In this document: positions 18,160 to 27,599 of the stretch, one piece after another
Numbering within the stretch: position 1 is the first letter of the stretch
Layout: every line of letters starts with the position of its first letter
Origin: Flavobacteriaceae bacterium
GTDB taxonomy: Bacteria; Bacteroidota; Bacteroidia; Flavobacteriales; Flavobacteriaceae
Length of the DNA stretch: 32,000 nt
Direction of reading: 5' to 3'
Assembly: GCA_965224465.1 (NCBI GenBank)
Contig: OZ245049.1
Span: forward strand, 780,001-812,000
Made by a program: the position numbers and the translations under genes
Notes under the pieces: generated by a model
The model's input: only the letters and a program-made list of their open reading frames with translations
Database searches by the model: none
What the model was told of the DNA's origin: nothing

Positions 18160-19335
18160 ATGAAAAAAAACTTAATTGTATTTTTACTTATTTTAGTAAT
18201 AATATCATGTGGAAGTTCAAAAAAAGCACACAACGCTATTGCATCAGGCGATTTTAGTAAAGCCATCGATATTTCTATGCTTAAATTAAGAGAAAGTAAA
18301 GTAAAAAATAGCGATACCTATGCGCCTATCTTAAAAAGCGCATACAATCGTGCAGTCTCCCAAAAAACAGCTGAAGTAAGAACTCTTCAACATTTGAATT
18401 CTATCAAAAGTCTAAAAAAAATTCACAGTAACTATTCTTTATTAGATGCTTGGCAATACGAAGTAATATCTGTGCAACCTTTATATAGTGAAGGAAAAGA
18501 AGTCACTTTTAATTTCACTAATTATACAAGTAAAATAAATAGTTCCAAGCGTAATTTGTCCGATGCTTTATATGCAAAAGGAAAAGAACTCATGAGAGGG
18601 AATAAAACACAAGCACGCGAAGCGCACGGTGTTTTTGAAGATTTAGACTACTTAAACGCATCGTATCCTCATAACATTGCATCTTTAATTAGACAAGCAA
18701 AAGACAAAGGAAGCAGCCATGTACATATCACCTTAAAAAACAATCTTGATTTAAATACGCTTAACCAAGACGAAATAGCATCGCTAAAAAATATAAATAC
18801 AGCAAACTCAAACAACCAATGGATTGTTTTTCACAGCAATAAAACAGCAGGAATATCCTTTGACTATGAAGCCAAAATAATTATTGATCGTTTACTATTT
18901 GCACCAAACCAAATTAATTCTGAACGTATCAAACAAGAAAAAAGAATTAAAGATGGCGTAGCATACGTAAAAGATGCCAACGGAAATGTAAAAAAAGATG
19001 CGAAAGGAAACGACATCAAACAAGATAGAATTATTACTGTTCAAGCAGAAGTAAAAATGTATCAGCAATTAAAAATTGTTACGCTAGAAGGAGGGCTGGA
19101 TTTAAAATCTTTAAAAACAAATCAAGGCAATCAACATAAAAAAATTATAGGAGAAGCCAAATTCGAGCATTTATACGCAACATATGGAGGAGACGTCAGA
19201 GCGATAGACCCAAAATACGCAAAAGCACTTCAAGCAAAACATATTGAATTTCCTGCAGATGATCAATTTGTAAAATATGCCATCGCCCATTACAAACATC
19301 AAATACAACAATTGTTGAATAATTTAAAAATCTAA
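18160..19335 (+). CDS. Hypothetical Lys-rich lipoprotein
   Basis: Signal peptide with a lipobox-like LVIISCGSS. It is a long ORF with coding-like composition and no family I recognise. The start could be 18154 (MIMKK) or 18160 (MKK). Confidence 0.6.
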   Translation: MKKNLIVFLLILVIISCGSSKKAHNAIASGDFSKAIDISMLKLRESKVKNSDTYAPILKSAYNRAVSQKTAEVRTLQHLNSIKSLKKIHSNYSLLDAWQYEVISVQPLYSEGKEVTFNFTNYTSKINSSKRNLSDALYAKGKELMRGNKTQAREAHGVFEDLDYLNASYPHNIASLIRQAKDKGSSHVHITLKNNLDLNTLNQDEIASLKNINTANSNNQWIVFHSNKTAGISFDYEAKIIIDRLLFAPNQINSERIKQEKRIKDGVAYVKDANGNVKKDAKGNDIKQDRIITVQAEVKMYQQLKIVTLEGGLDLKSLKTNQGNQHKKIIGEAKFEHLYATYGGDVRAIDPKYAKALQAKHIEFPADDQFVKYAIAHYKHQIQQLLNNLKI

Positions 19336-19340
19336 TCCCC

Positions 19341-20645
19341 ATGAAAAACATTACACTCATTTTAATTGCTTTTATAAGTATCAGTTGTTCTTCTTATAAA
19401 ATAACATCAAAAAGAACCTCTAAAAATGTGCGTAAACTAATTATAAAATCACCCGTATTTGAGAAATCATTTACGGGTTTTTCTTTGTTTGACCCCTCCG
19501 AAAACAAAACCTTGGTTTCCATTAATGGAGATAAATACTTCACCCCTGCCTCTAATACAAAAATCCTAACGCTCTTTAGCGCTCTCAAAATACTAGGAGA
19601 CAGCCTCCCTGCCTTTCAATATTTTAAAAAAAATGATTCTTTATTTATTCTTGGAACAGGTGACCCAACTTTTCTACATGGCTATTTTAACAACAAAGCA
19701 CTCATCACTTTTTTACAAAAAAACACAGAACATGCGTTTTATATAACACCCATATTTAACGAAAAAAGACTGGGACCTGGATGGGCATGGGATGATTACA
19801 ATGCCTATTATCAAGTAGAAAAAGCAGCCTTACCCATATACGGAAATGTTGTAATATTTAACAAGAGCCCAGAACAAAAAATAATACCAATATTTTTTAA
19901 TGATCACATTCGTATTGCTACAAGTAATCAGAAAAAAACACTTGCAAAACGTGCATATTCCAAAAATGAATTCACAATAAAACAGGCATTTATAGACAGT
20001 CAAAAAACAAAAGAAATTCCTTTTATCTACAGCCAATCATTAGCGATAGAACTATTAAACCAGTATAAAAATATTGATATAAAAAGCATTTCGAACCTCT
20101 ACTTTGATAAAAACAAGTTAAAAACCGTTTACAACACCCCCAAAGATACGGTCGTAAAAAGAATGATGCATCTAAGTGATAATTTTCTAGCGGAACAACT
20201 ATTACTTATGTGTTCCTATAAATTATTCGGTACATTTAACACAAATAAAACCATACATTATATTAAAGACTCCTTATTAAATAAGAGTCCTAGCCCTTTA
20301 AATTGGAGAGATGGATCGGGACTTTCTAGGTATAATTTATGTACACCAAACAGTTTGGTTTATGTTCTTAATCAAATCCATCAGACAACAACAAAAGAAC
20401 AATTATTCACAATATTCCCTAATGGAAATAACAAATCATTACGTATAAATTACAAAAAAATAGGCAAAGCTATTGCTGCAAAAACAGGCACTTTAAGTAA
20501 CAACCATTGCCTAAGCGGCTATTTAAAATGCAAGAGTGGAAAAATACTTATTTTTAGTTTTATGCACAATAATTACATAGGATCTTCACTGCCCGTAAAA
20601 GAAGAAATGTATCCTATTCTCGAATATATTACTAACAATTACTAG
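19341..20645 (+). CDS. dacB: D-alanyl-D-alanine carboxypeptidase/endopeptidase, PBP4 / peptidase S13 family (lipoprotein)
   Basis: SxxK motif (ASNTK), SxN (LSDNF) and KTG (AAKTGTL) are in the correct order. The N-terminal lipoprotein signal is LIAFISISCSS. It starts 5 nt after the upstream lipoprotein gene. Confidence 0.8.
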   Translation: MKNITLILIAFISISCSSYKITSKRTSKNVRKLIIKSPVFEKSFTGFSLFDPSENKTLVSINGDKYFTPASNTKILTLFSALKILGDSLPAFQYFKKNDSLFILGTGDPTFLHGYFNNKALITFLQKNTEHAFYITPIFNEKRLGPGWAWDDYNAYYQVEKAALPIYGNVVIFNKSPEQKIIPIFFNDHIRIATSNQKKTLAKRAYSKNEFTIKQAFIDSQKTKEIPFIYSQSLAIELLNQYKNIDIKSISNLYFDKNKLKTVYNTPKDTVVKRMMHLSDNFLAEQLLLMCSYKLFGTFNTNKTIHYIKDSLLNKSPSPLNWRDGSGLSRYNLCTPNSLVYVLNQIHQTTTKEQLFTIFPNGNNKSLRINYKKIGKAIAAKTGTLSNNHCLSGYLKCKSGKILIFSFMHNNYIGSSLPVKEEMYPILEYITNNY

Positions 20646-21030
20646 CCAATAGTTCCTCCAAATTCATCTCGTTAATTTCATAATGAGAAGCTTGGTGGAT
20701 CACTTTTTTATTTTTAACTACAATTACTTGAGGAGACTGGTGTTCTACCTCAAATATTTCTGCAATTTCGTTAGATAAAGCTCTGTATTTTATTAAATCG
20801 AGTTGAAATATTTTAACAGCATCCGTATCCTTATATTTAGTTCTAAACTTATTCAAAACTATGGAACTTATAGAGCAACGTGTACTGTGTTTAAAAATTA
20901 AAAAAGGAAGCTCTTCAGAAGAATTCACGGCAACTAATAATTGATCCGTATTCAATAACGAATCGAATTCAAACTGATCATCTTTAATACTAGAAGAAGT
21001 TTTCTTAAACAAAGAATCAAATATAGACAT
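20632..21030 (-). CDS. ytxJ: YtxJ-family thioredoxin-like redox protein (DUF2847, bacillithiol-system associated)
   Basis: About 132 aa with a single-Cys motif, FKHSTRCSIS, in a thioredoxin-like context and QSPQVIVVKN. I chose the ATG at 21030; the track starts at a TTG at 21060. Its 3' end overlaps the convergent dacB end by 14 nt. Confidence 0.78.
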   Translation of the reverse strand: MSIFDSLFKKTSSSIKDDQFEFDSLLNTDQLLVAVNSSEELPFLIFKHSTRCSISSIVLNKFRTKYKDTDAVKIFQLDLIKYRALSNEIAEIFEVEHQSPQVIVVKNKKVIHQASHYEINEMNLEELLASNC

Positions 21031-21057
21031 AAAAAAAAGTGTATTTGAATTAGACCG

Positions 21058-21065
21058 CAAAAATA
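21058..21065 (-). promoter_or_regulatory. Candidate -7 promoter box (TATTTTTG on minus strand) for ytxJ
   Basis: Plus-strand CAAAAATA is the reverse complement of TATTTTTG. It lies 28 nt upstream of the ATG at 21030. Confidence 0.4.
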
Positions 21066-21188
21066 CGCAATTTTAACTCACCGTCAAAATGTCTGTAAAA
21101 TTAAATAAATAACGACAAAATGTCATTTACTTAGGTGGGATAATTATTGGTACACAATTTGACGCATATATACTCTAAAAAAGCACCT

Positions 21189-23777
21189 ATGAATTTTAAT
21201 AATTATACCCTTAAATCGCAAGAGTCCATTCAAGCTGCACAACGTATTGCACAAGAAAATGGACATATAGAAATTGAGAATTCGCATATTTTAAAAGGAA
21301 TTTTAGAAAATGACGAAAGCGTAACTCCGTTTATCCTAAAAAAACTAGGTGTAAATACGCAGTTATTTGAACAACTCCTAGACCACATTATAAAAAGTTA
21401 CGCAAAAGTAACAGGAGGAAAATTAAATCTTTCTAGAAACGCTTCTAAAATGCTTCATACAGCAAGTAGTATTTCTCAAAAAATGAAAGATGACTACGTC
21501 TCTATCGAACACCTATTAATTGCCATCTTAAAAAACAAGGATACCACAGCACAATTACTAAAGGATCAAGGAATAACAGAATCTAACCTAGGAAAAACAA
21601 TCGACGAAATAAGAAAAGGAAGCCATGTAACCTCCCAAAATGCAGAGGACAACTACAATGCTTTAAATAAATATGCCGTTAACTTAAATAAGCAAGCCAA
21701 AGAAGGAAAATTAGACCCTGTAATTGGTCGGGACGAAGAAATTAGACGTATTTTACAAATACTATCTAGAAGAACCAAAAACAATCCAATCCTTGTAGGT
21801 GAACCTGGTACAGGAAAAACAGCCATTGCAGAAGGTTTAGCCCATCGAATTATAAAAGGAGATATCCCGGAAAACTTAAAAAACAAAGAAATATATTCTT
21901 TGGACATGGGCGCCTTAATTGCTGGTGCAAAATACAAAGGAGAATTTGAGGAACGTTTAAAATCAGTGATCAAAGAAGTAACTACTTCTGATGGCAATAT
22001 TGTGTTGTTTATTGATGAAATTCACACCTTGGTAGGTGCAGGAGGCGGACAAGGAGCTATGGATGCCGCCAACATATTAAAACCGGCATTAGCAAGAGGT
22101 GATTTGAGAGCTATTGGAGCCACAACCTTGGACGAATACCAAAAATATTTTGAAAAAGACAAAGCCTTAGAAAGAAGATTTCAAAAGGTAATTGTAGACG
22201 AACCTGATACAGAAAGTGCTATTTCTATCTTAAGAGGAATTAAAGACAAATACGAAGCACATCACAAAGTTCAAATTAGAGACGAAGCCATAATAGCTGC
22301 TGTAGAATTATCGCAACGCTATATTAGCAATCGTTTTTTACCAGACAAGGCTATTGATTTAATGGATGAGTCTATGGCAAAATTACGCATGGAAATTAAT
22401 TCGAAACCCGAAGAACTAGACATTCTAGATCGAAAAATAATGCAACTAGAAATTGAAATTGAAGCTATAAAACGTGAAAATGACGTAAAAAAGCTAAAAG
22501 TATTAAGAAAAGAAGTTGCCAATTTAAAAGAAAAAAGAGATGTCATAAGCGCCAAATGGATCAGCGAGAAAGAACTAGTAGATGCCGTGCAACAGTCCAA
22601 AGAAAATATAGAGAACTATAAATTTGAAGCTGAAAATGCGGAACGCGAAGGTGATTATGGAAAAGTAGCAGAAATAAGATATGGAAAGATAAAAGAAGAA
22701 ACAACACATCTAGAAGAACTTCAAAAAGAAGTAGCAGATAATCAAGAAAATGCCATCATCAAAGAAGAGGTAACTCGTGAAGATATCGCGGAAGTCGTAG
22801 CCAAATGGACAGGAATTCCGATTACAAAAATGCTCCAAGGAGATCGAGAAAAATTATTGCACCTCGAAAGTGAACTGCACAAACGTGTGGTAGGGCAAGA
22901 CGAAGCAATTGTGGCTGTAGCTGATGCTGTAAGACGCTCTAGAGCTGGACTACAATCTAGCAACAAGCCTATTGGATCGTTTCTTTTCTTAGGAACTACA
23001 GGAGTTGGAAAGACCGAATTAGCAAAAGCATTGGCAGATTATTTATTTGACGATGAAAGCGCTATGACACGTATAGACATGAGCGAATATCAAGAACGCC
23101 ATTCGGTAAGTAGATTGGTAGGTGCTCCTCCTGGATATGTTGGTTATGATGAAGGAGGACAATTGACTGAAGCTGTTAGACGCAAACCGTATTCAGTAAT
23201 TTTACTGGATGAAATAGAAAAAGCACATCCCGACACTTTTAACATTCTATTACAAGTCTTAGATGAAGGAAGATTAACGGATAACAAAGGACGTGTAGCT
23301 GATTTTAGAAATACTATCATTATCATGACTTCCAATATTGGGGCACATTGTATTCAACAAAATTTTGAAAACATGGACATGAACAACAGGGACAGTATCA
23401 CAGAAAATACAAAAATTGAAGTATTGAGTATACTTAAGCAAACAGTGCGCCCAGAATTTATCAATCGTATTGATGAAATTATCATGTTCACTCCCTTAAA
23501 TAAAGAGGAAATTACAAAAATTGTTCAAATACAATTGCAACTTTTAGCAAACACTTTGATGGAAAATGATATTAAAATTGAATTCAGTGATCAAGCAATT
23601 GCTTCCATTGCTCAAAAAGGCTACGATCCTCAATATGGAGCAAGACCCGTTAAACGCGTAATACAACGCGAAGTTTTAAATGCCCTATCTAAAGAAATAT
23701 TAGCTGGTACTATTAGCTCAAATAGCCATATCATGTTAGATGCTTTTGACGATAAAATTGTATTTCGAAATATTTAA
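21189..23777 (+). CDS. clpB: ATP-dependent chaperone/disaggregase ClpB
   Basis: Clp N-domain, two AAA+ modules (GEPGTGKTAIAEGLA, GTTGVGKTELAKALA), a long coiled-coil middle domain and about 862 aa. I chose the ATG at 21189 (MNFNNYTLKSQE...) over the upstream start used by the track. Confidence 0.96.
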   Translation: MNFNNYTLKSQESIQAAQRIAQENGHIEIENSHILKGILENDESVTPFILKKLGVNTQLFEQLLDHIIKSYAKVTGGKLNLSRNASKMLHTASSISQKMKDDYVSIEHLLIAILKNKDTTAQLLKDQGITESNLGKTIDEIRKGSHVTSQNAEDNYNALNKYAVNLNKQAKEGKLDPVIGRDEEIRRILQILSRRTKNNPILVGEPGTGKTAIAEGLAHRIIKGDIPENLKNKEIYSLDMGALIAGAKYKGEFEERLKSVIKEVTTSDGNIVLFIDEIHTLVGAGGGQGAMDAANILKPALARGDLRAIGATTLDEYQKYFEKDKALERRFQKVIVDEPDTESAISILRGIKDKYEAHHKVQIRDEAIIAAVELSQRYISNRFLPDKAIDLMDESMAKLRMEINSKPEELDILDRKIMQLEIEIEAIKRENDVKKLKVLRKEVANLKEKRDVISAKWISEKELVDAVQQSKENIENYKFEAENAEREGDYGKVAEIRYGKIKEETTHLEELQKEVADNQENAIIKEEVTREDIAEVVAKWTGIPITKMLQGDREKLLHLESELHKRVVGQDEAIVAVADAVRRSRAGLQSSNKPIGSFLFLGTTGVGKTELAKALADYLFDDESAMTRIDMSEYQERHSVSRLVGAPPGYVGYDEGGQLTEAVRRKPYSVILLDEIEKAHPDTFNILLQVLDEGRLTDNKGRVADFRNTIIIMTSNIGAHCIQQNFENMDMNNRDSITENTKIEVLSILKQTVRPEFINRIDEIIMFTPLNKEEITKIVQIQLQLLANTLMENDIKIEFSDQAIASIAQKGYDPQYGARPVKRVIQREVLNALSKEILAGTISSNSHIMLDAFDDKIVFRNI

Positions 23778-23821
23778 ATTGATGCTATATTTCAATGTAT
23801 AAAAAAACAGAAATTTAATCC

Positions 23822-23849
23822 AATCCTCCTCCTTTGAGGAGGATTTTTT
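23822..23849 (+). terminator. Rho-independent terminator of clpB
   Basis: 10-bp stem AATCCTCCTC/GAGGAGGATT with loop CTTT, followed by TTTT. It lies 45 nt after the clpB stop. Confidence 0.88.
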
Positions 23850-23868
23850 ATGAGGTACTCATCATCTT

Positions 23869-24029
23869 ACACCAAATATATTTCCATGTGAAAGTTTAGA
23901 CATAGAATTATTTTTTTGTTCTAACTAGGCGAAAAACATAAGGATGGGCTTAGCTATCGTTCTGTTTTTCAATAACGATAAAACAAAAAAAAACTATTTA
24001 TATCGATCATTTTGGATGGTAATTGGCAT
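23869..24029 (+). repeat. Family-A intergenic repeat, copy 4 (most diverged full-length copy)
   Basis: Reverse-complement alignment to copies 1-3 and direct alignment to copy 5. Termini are ACACCAAATATATTTCCATG ... TTGGATGGTAATTGGCAT. The 5' hairpin module is degraded. Confidence 0.85.
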
Positions 24030-24350
24030 TACAACAATTTAACCTTGTAATATTGCACTATTTGAATTGTTTTTCACAAGCTATTTGTAAAAAATAATTC
24101 CATATAATAACATGGATTAAACAAATAAATGGACATTATTTATAACACAAAATAGTTCTAAATTAACAGGGGTAATTCTACGCAGTAATCTATAATTGAA
24201 CTCGTAATTTACAATCCATTCCATTCTCCTTTATTATTTTTATTTCCAATCTTCTTTTTTAGTACCATTTAGAAAGTTGATCATTCTTATAATCAAAAAA
24301 ATAATACCAAAATCCAAAGTTACTACATTGGCATAAGATCAAAATAAATG

Positions 24351-24358
24351 TATCTTTG
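24351..24358 (+). promoter_or_regulatory. Candidate -7 promoter box (TATCTTTG) immediately upstream of smpB
   Basis: Exact TAnnTTTG match that ends 5 nt before the smpB ATG. Confidence 0.4.
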
Positions 24359-24363
24359 CTCCC

Positions 24364-24825
24364 ATGCAAAAAAAGATAAACATACAAAACAAAAAAGCAC
24401 GTTTTGAATACGAGTTTCTCGACAGATACACCGCAGGAATACAACTCACTGGTACCGAAATAAAATCCATTCGAGAAAGCAAGGCTCGCATTACCGAAAG
24501 TTTTTGTGAATTTAACGATCGTGGGGAATTATTTGTAATCAATATGTTTATCGAGGAATATATTTATGGGCATAGTTACAACCATAAGCCCAAAAGTGAA
24601 CGTCGCTTATTACTGAATAAAAAAGAGCTCAAAAAACTAGAAAAAGAAGTAAAAAATGTAGGATTGACTATTATTCCTTTAAAATTATTTTTAACAAACA
24701 AAGGTTGGGCAAAACTAGACATTGCACTGTGTAGAGGAAAAAAGAACTACGACAAACGAGAACATTTAAAAGATCAAGATAACAAACGAGATTTAGCACG
24801 TATAAAAAAATCATTCAACCACTAA
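24364..24825 (+). CDS. smpB: SsrA-binding protein SmpB
   Basis: 153 aa with NKKARFEYEFLD...AGIQLTGTEIKSIR and a basic C-terminal tail, as is canonical for SmpB. Confidence 0.95.
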   Translation: MQKKINIQNKKARFEYEFLDRYTAGIQLTGTEIKSIRESKARITESFCEFNDRGELFVINMFIEEYIYGHSYNHKPKSERRLLLNKKELKKLEKEVKNVGLTIIPLKLFLTNKGWAKLDIALCRGKKNYDKREHLKDQDNKRDLARIKKSFNH

Positions 24826-25217
24826 TGATTCCTTTATACATCCTTTCAGTAAGTCTCTTGCTAAGCATTGCTTTTTTAATTTATTTGATAAAAAAACAAC
24901 TAAAAACCAAGCAAGATTACAACGCGCAACAAAAGAGTATCCCACTTGCATTGGGAACCAAACGCACACAGCAATTAATGATGGGAATTGGCAGTATAGC
25001 TGTATTACTATCAGTGGCGGTACTGATAGTTAATAGCCATTTTAATCAATCGTATAAATTTTTCTTTTTTTCGTTGATTAGTTTGCCCCTATTATACTTT
25101 ACATTTAAAGTCCGAAAAAGTCGTACGCTAAAACATTTTGCACATTTACAACAACTTTTATATTTAGCAGGTTGCTGCGCTGTCGGAGTTTGCTTTCAAT
25201 TAATTACCTATTCATAA
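24825..25217 (+). CDS. Hypothetical integral membrane protein (about 4 TM helices)
   Basis: 130-aa ORF with four hydrophobic segments. Its start overlaps the smpB stop by 1 nt (TAATG), and its stop lies 1 nt before the maf ATG. Confidence 0.55.
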   Translation: MIPLYILSVSLLLSIAFLIYLIKKQLKTKQDYNAQQKSIPLALGTKRTQQLMMGIGSIAVLLSVAVLIVNSHFNQSYKFFFFSLISLPLLYFTFKVRKSRTLKHFAHLQQLLYLAGCCAVGVCFQLITYS

Positions 25218-25218
25218 T

Positions 25219-25800
25219 ATGCTAAACGAACAACTGATTTCAAAAAATATAATTTTAGCTTCAGGATCACCCCGTAGGCAACAATTTTTAAAGGATTTAG
25301 AAATAGATTTCACCATCCAACTAAAACCTGTAGAAGAACTATATGATCCCGAATTAAAAGAAGCTGAAATCACCGACTTTTTATCCAAATTAAAAGCTGC
25401 TCCTTTTAAAGAATCCTTAAAACCCGAAGATATTTTAATTACTTCAGACACTATTGTTTGGTCGGACGGAGAAGCTCTGGGGAAACCTACGGATGCCAAA
25501 AACGCCTATGACATTATAAAATCACTCTCAGGAAAAACGCATAGCGTTATCAGTTCCGTTTGTTTAACATCAACAAAAAAACAACATATTTTTAGCGATG
25601 TCACCTATGTTACTATTAAGGAATTAAGCGATGAAGAAATTAATTATTACATCAAAAACTTCAATCCTTACGACAAAGCAGGGGCTTACGGTATCCAAGA
25701 ATGGTTTGGATATATTGCGGTAGAAAAAATAGAAGGCAGCTTTTTTAACGTGATGGGCTTCCCTATTCATAAATTCTACAAAGAAATACTTGAATTTTAA
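25219..25800 (+). CDS. maf: Maf-like nucleoside triphosphate pyrophosphatase
   Basis: ILASGSPRRQQFL, DTIV and AGAYGIQE motifs. 193 aa. Confidence 0.9.
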   Translation: MLNEQLISKNIILASGSPRRQQFLKDLEIDFTIQLKPVEELYDPELKEAEITDFLSKLKAAPFKESLKPEDILITSDTIVWSDGEALGKPTDAKNAYDIIKSLSGKTHSVISSVCLTSTKKQHIFSDVTYVTIKELSDEEINYYIKNFNPYDKAGAYGIQEWFGYIAVEKIEGSFFNVMGFPIHKFYKEILEF

Positions 25801-25939
25801 TGCTAAAAAATTTATATTTCTTATTTTTGGCGCGTCTTAACAACACATTAACACAAAACATCTAAAAAAAATGCTAAGTTTACTTAGTCATTCCTATTAA
25901 ATGTAGTGTAAACTAAACAGAAGGAATAACAAATATCTC

Positions 25940-26893
25940 ATGAAAAAATACACTTTTACAGAAAAAAAAGATACCCGTTCAGGATTTGGAGCTGGTTTAG
26001 CGGAATTAGGAAGAACTAACGACAAGGTAGTTGCCCTATGTGCCGATTTAATTGGTTCGTTAAAAATGGATAAATTTATCGAAGAAAACCCTGATCGATT
26101 TTTTCAAATTGGTATTGCAGAAGCAAACATGATGGGAATTGCAGCTGGATTGGCTATTGGAGGAAAGATCCCTTTTACTGGAACTTTCGCTAACTTTTCT
26201 ACTGCTAGAGTTTATGATCAAATTAGACAATCTATTGCCTATTCTAATAAAAACGTAAAAATATGTGCTTCTCACGCTGGATTAACCTTAGGAGAAGACG
26301 GTGCTACACATCAAACATTAGAAGATATCGGCTTGATGAAAATGTTACCAGGAATGGTTGTAATTAACACCTGTGACTATAATCAAACCAAAGCAGCAAC
26401 AATTGCTATTGCAGAATACAAAGGACCTGTTTATTTACGTTTTGGACGTCCTGCTGTGCCTGTTTTTATGCCAGAAGATCAAAAATTTGAAATTGGTAAA
26501 GCAGTACAACTTACGGAAGGAACAGATGTAACAATTATTGCTACAGGTCATTTAGTATGGGAAGCCTTACAAGCGTCAGAACAATTAGAAGCCAAAGGTA
26601 TTAGTGCTGAAGTAATCAACATTCACACCATTAAACCATTGGATGAAGCAGCTATTTTAAAATCTGTTGCAAAAACAGGTTGTGTAGTTACTTGTGAAGA
26701 ACATAATATGTTAGGAGGATTGGGAGAAAGTGTTGCACGTACATTGGCTACAAACCATGTTGCTCCTCAAGAATTTGTTGCAGTAAAAGATTCATTTGGA
26801 GAATCAGGAACTCCAGCACAACTCATGGAAAAATACGAACTAAACGATATTGCAATTGTTAAAGCCGTAGAAAAAGTAATCAAAAGAAAATAA
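25940..26893 (+). CDS. Transketolase family protein, C-terminal (pyrimidine-binding plus C-terminal domain) subunit
   Basis: 317 aa with FFQIGIAEANMMGIAAGLA, HAGLTLGEDGATHQ and IHTIKPLD. This matches the C-terminal half of a split transketolase. No N-terminal subunit gene lies in this window. Confidence 0.88.
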   Translation: MKKYTFTEKKDTRSGFGAGLAELGRTNDKVVALCADLIGSLKMDKFIEENPDRFFQIGIAEANMMGIAAGLAIGGKIPFTGTFANFSTARVYDQIRQSIAYSNKNVKICASHAGLTLGEDGATHQTLEDIGLMKMLPGMVVINTCDYNQTKAATIAIAEYKGPVYLRFGRPAVPVFMPEDQKFEIGKAVQLTEGTDVTIIATGHLVWEALQASEQLEAKGISAEVINIHTIKPLDEAAILKSVAKTGCVVTCEEHNMLGGLGESVARTLATNHVAPQEFVAVKDSFGESGTPAQLMEKYELNDIAIVKAVEKVIKRK

Positions 26894-26940
26894 GTCTCGT
26901 TTTTAAACGTTAGACATAAAGAAACTATATAAAAAAAACA

Positions 26941-27546
26941 ATGAAAAAAATAACCATAGGTATTGCCTTATTTGTAGGAATTTTGAGTGTAAGTGCTCAA
27001 GTAAAATTCGGTGCAAAAGCGGGTGTTAATTACAATAATTTTGGTGACGCAAAAAATGTAGCCACAAATATTGTTGATACAAAAGCAGATGGAAGATCTG
27101 GATACCACGTAGGAGTTTGGGCAAAAGCACAAGTACCTATATTAGGTGTCTATATCAGACCCGAATTTGTGTATACTCAACTAAAAACTAAATATAACAA
27201 CCAATCATTAAAAATCAATAAAATTGATGTTCCTGTATTAATTGGAGCTAAATTAATAGGACCTATACATGCTTTTGTTGGACCTGCCTTTCAATTTATT
27301 CTAGATTCAGATTACAGCGCAAGTGATGTAAAAGATCTTAAAACTGATGATTTTTCTTTAGGAATGCAAATTGGTGTAGGCGTTGAATTAGGGAAATTGG
27401 GAATTGATGTTCGTTGGGAACGTGGTTTAACCAAAAATGAAACTAAATATTCAAAGAAAGCACCTGGAATAGGAAGTACTTTAGAATCTTTTGAAATAGA
27501 CACTAGACCTAACCAAATTATCTTTGGACTGTCTTACGAGTTCTAG
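26941..27546 (+). CDS. Outer-membrane beta-barrel (porin-family / OmpW-like small OMP)
   Basis: Signal peptide (ALFVGILSVSAQ), alternating beta-strand pattern and a C-terminal aromatic signature ...FGLSYEF. Confidence 0.75.
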   Translation: MKKITIGIALFVGILSVSAQVKFGAKAGVNYNNFGDAKNVATNIVDTKADGRSGYHVGVWAKAQVPILGVYIRPEFVYTQLKTKYNNQSLKINKIDVPVLIGAKLIGPIHAFVGPAFQFILDSDYSASDVKDLKTDDFSLGMQIGVGVELGKLGIDVRWERGLTKNETKYSKKAPGIGSTLESFEIDTRPNQIIFGLSYEF

Positions 27547-27569
27547 AACTCCTTATAATATACAATTTC

Positions 27570-27599
27570 AAAACCGACTTTTACGAGTCGGTTTTTTTT
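27570..27599 (+). terminator. Rho-independent terminator of the OMP gene
   Basis: 10-bp stem AAAACCGACT/AGTCGGTTTT with loop TTTACG, followed by TTTT. Confidence 0.88.

Noticed and set aside
21653-21997. Antisense and shadow ORFs inside long genes. Examples are 21653-21997, 22319-22600, 22742-22966 and 23144-23335 in clpB; 11112-11330, 11732-11935 and 12011-12208 in uvrA; 1799-1984 in lpxD; 6187-6717 in ald; 7412-7971 in trmH; 16103-16396 in glyA; and 29861-31126 in katG.
   Set aside because: Each lies wholly inside a well-supported gene on the opposite strand or in another frame. Their composition is low-complexity and they have no recognisable motifs.
24259-24542. Two minus-strand ORFs (61 and 67 aa) spanning the smpB start region.
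   Set aside because: They overlap the canonical smpB N-terminus and its promoter, and no supporting motif is present.
25877-25927. Interleaved complementary segments in the transketolase-subunit leader (AGTTTAC/GTAAACT and ATTCCT/AGGAAT) that could form an H-type pseudoknot or riboswitch-like fold.
   Set aside because: The stems are only 6-7 bp, AT-rich and unsupported by any second copy or known riboswitch signature. No TPP-type conserved core is present. This is easily a chance pattern in a 140-nt AT-rich leader.
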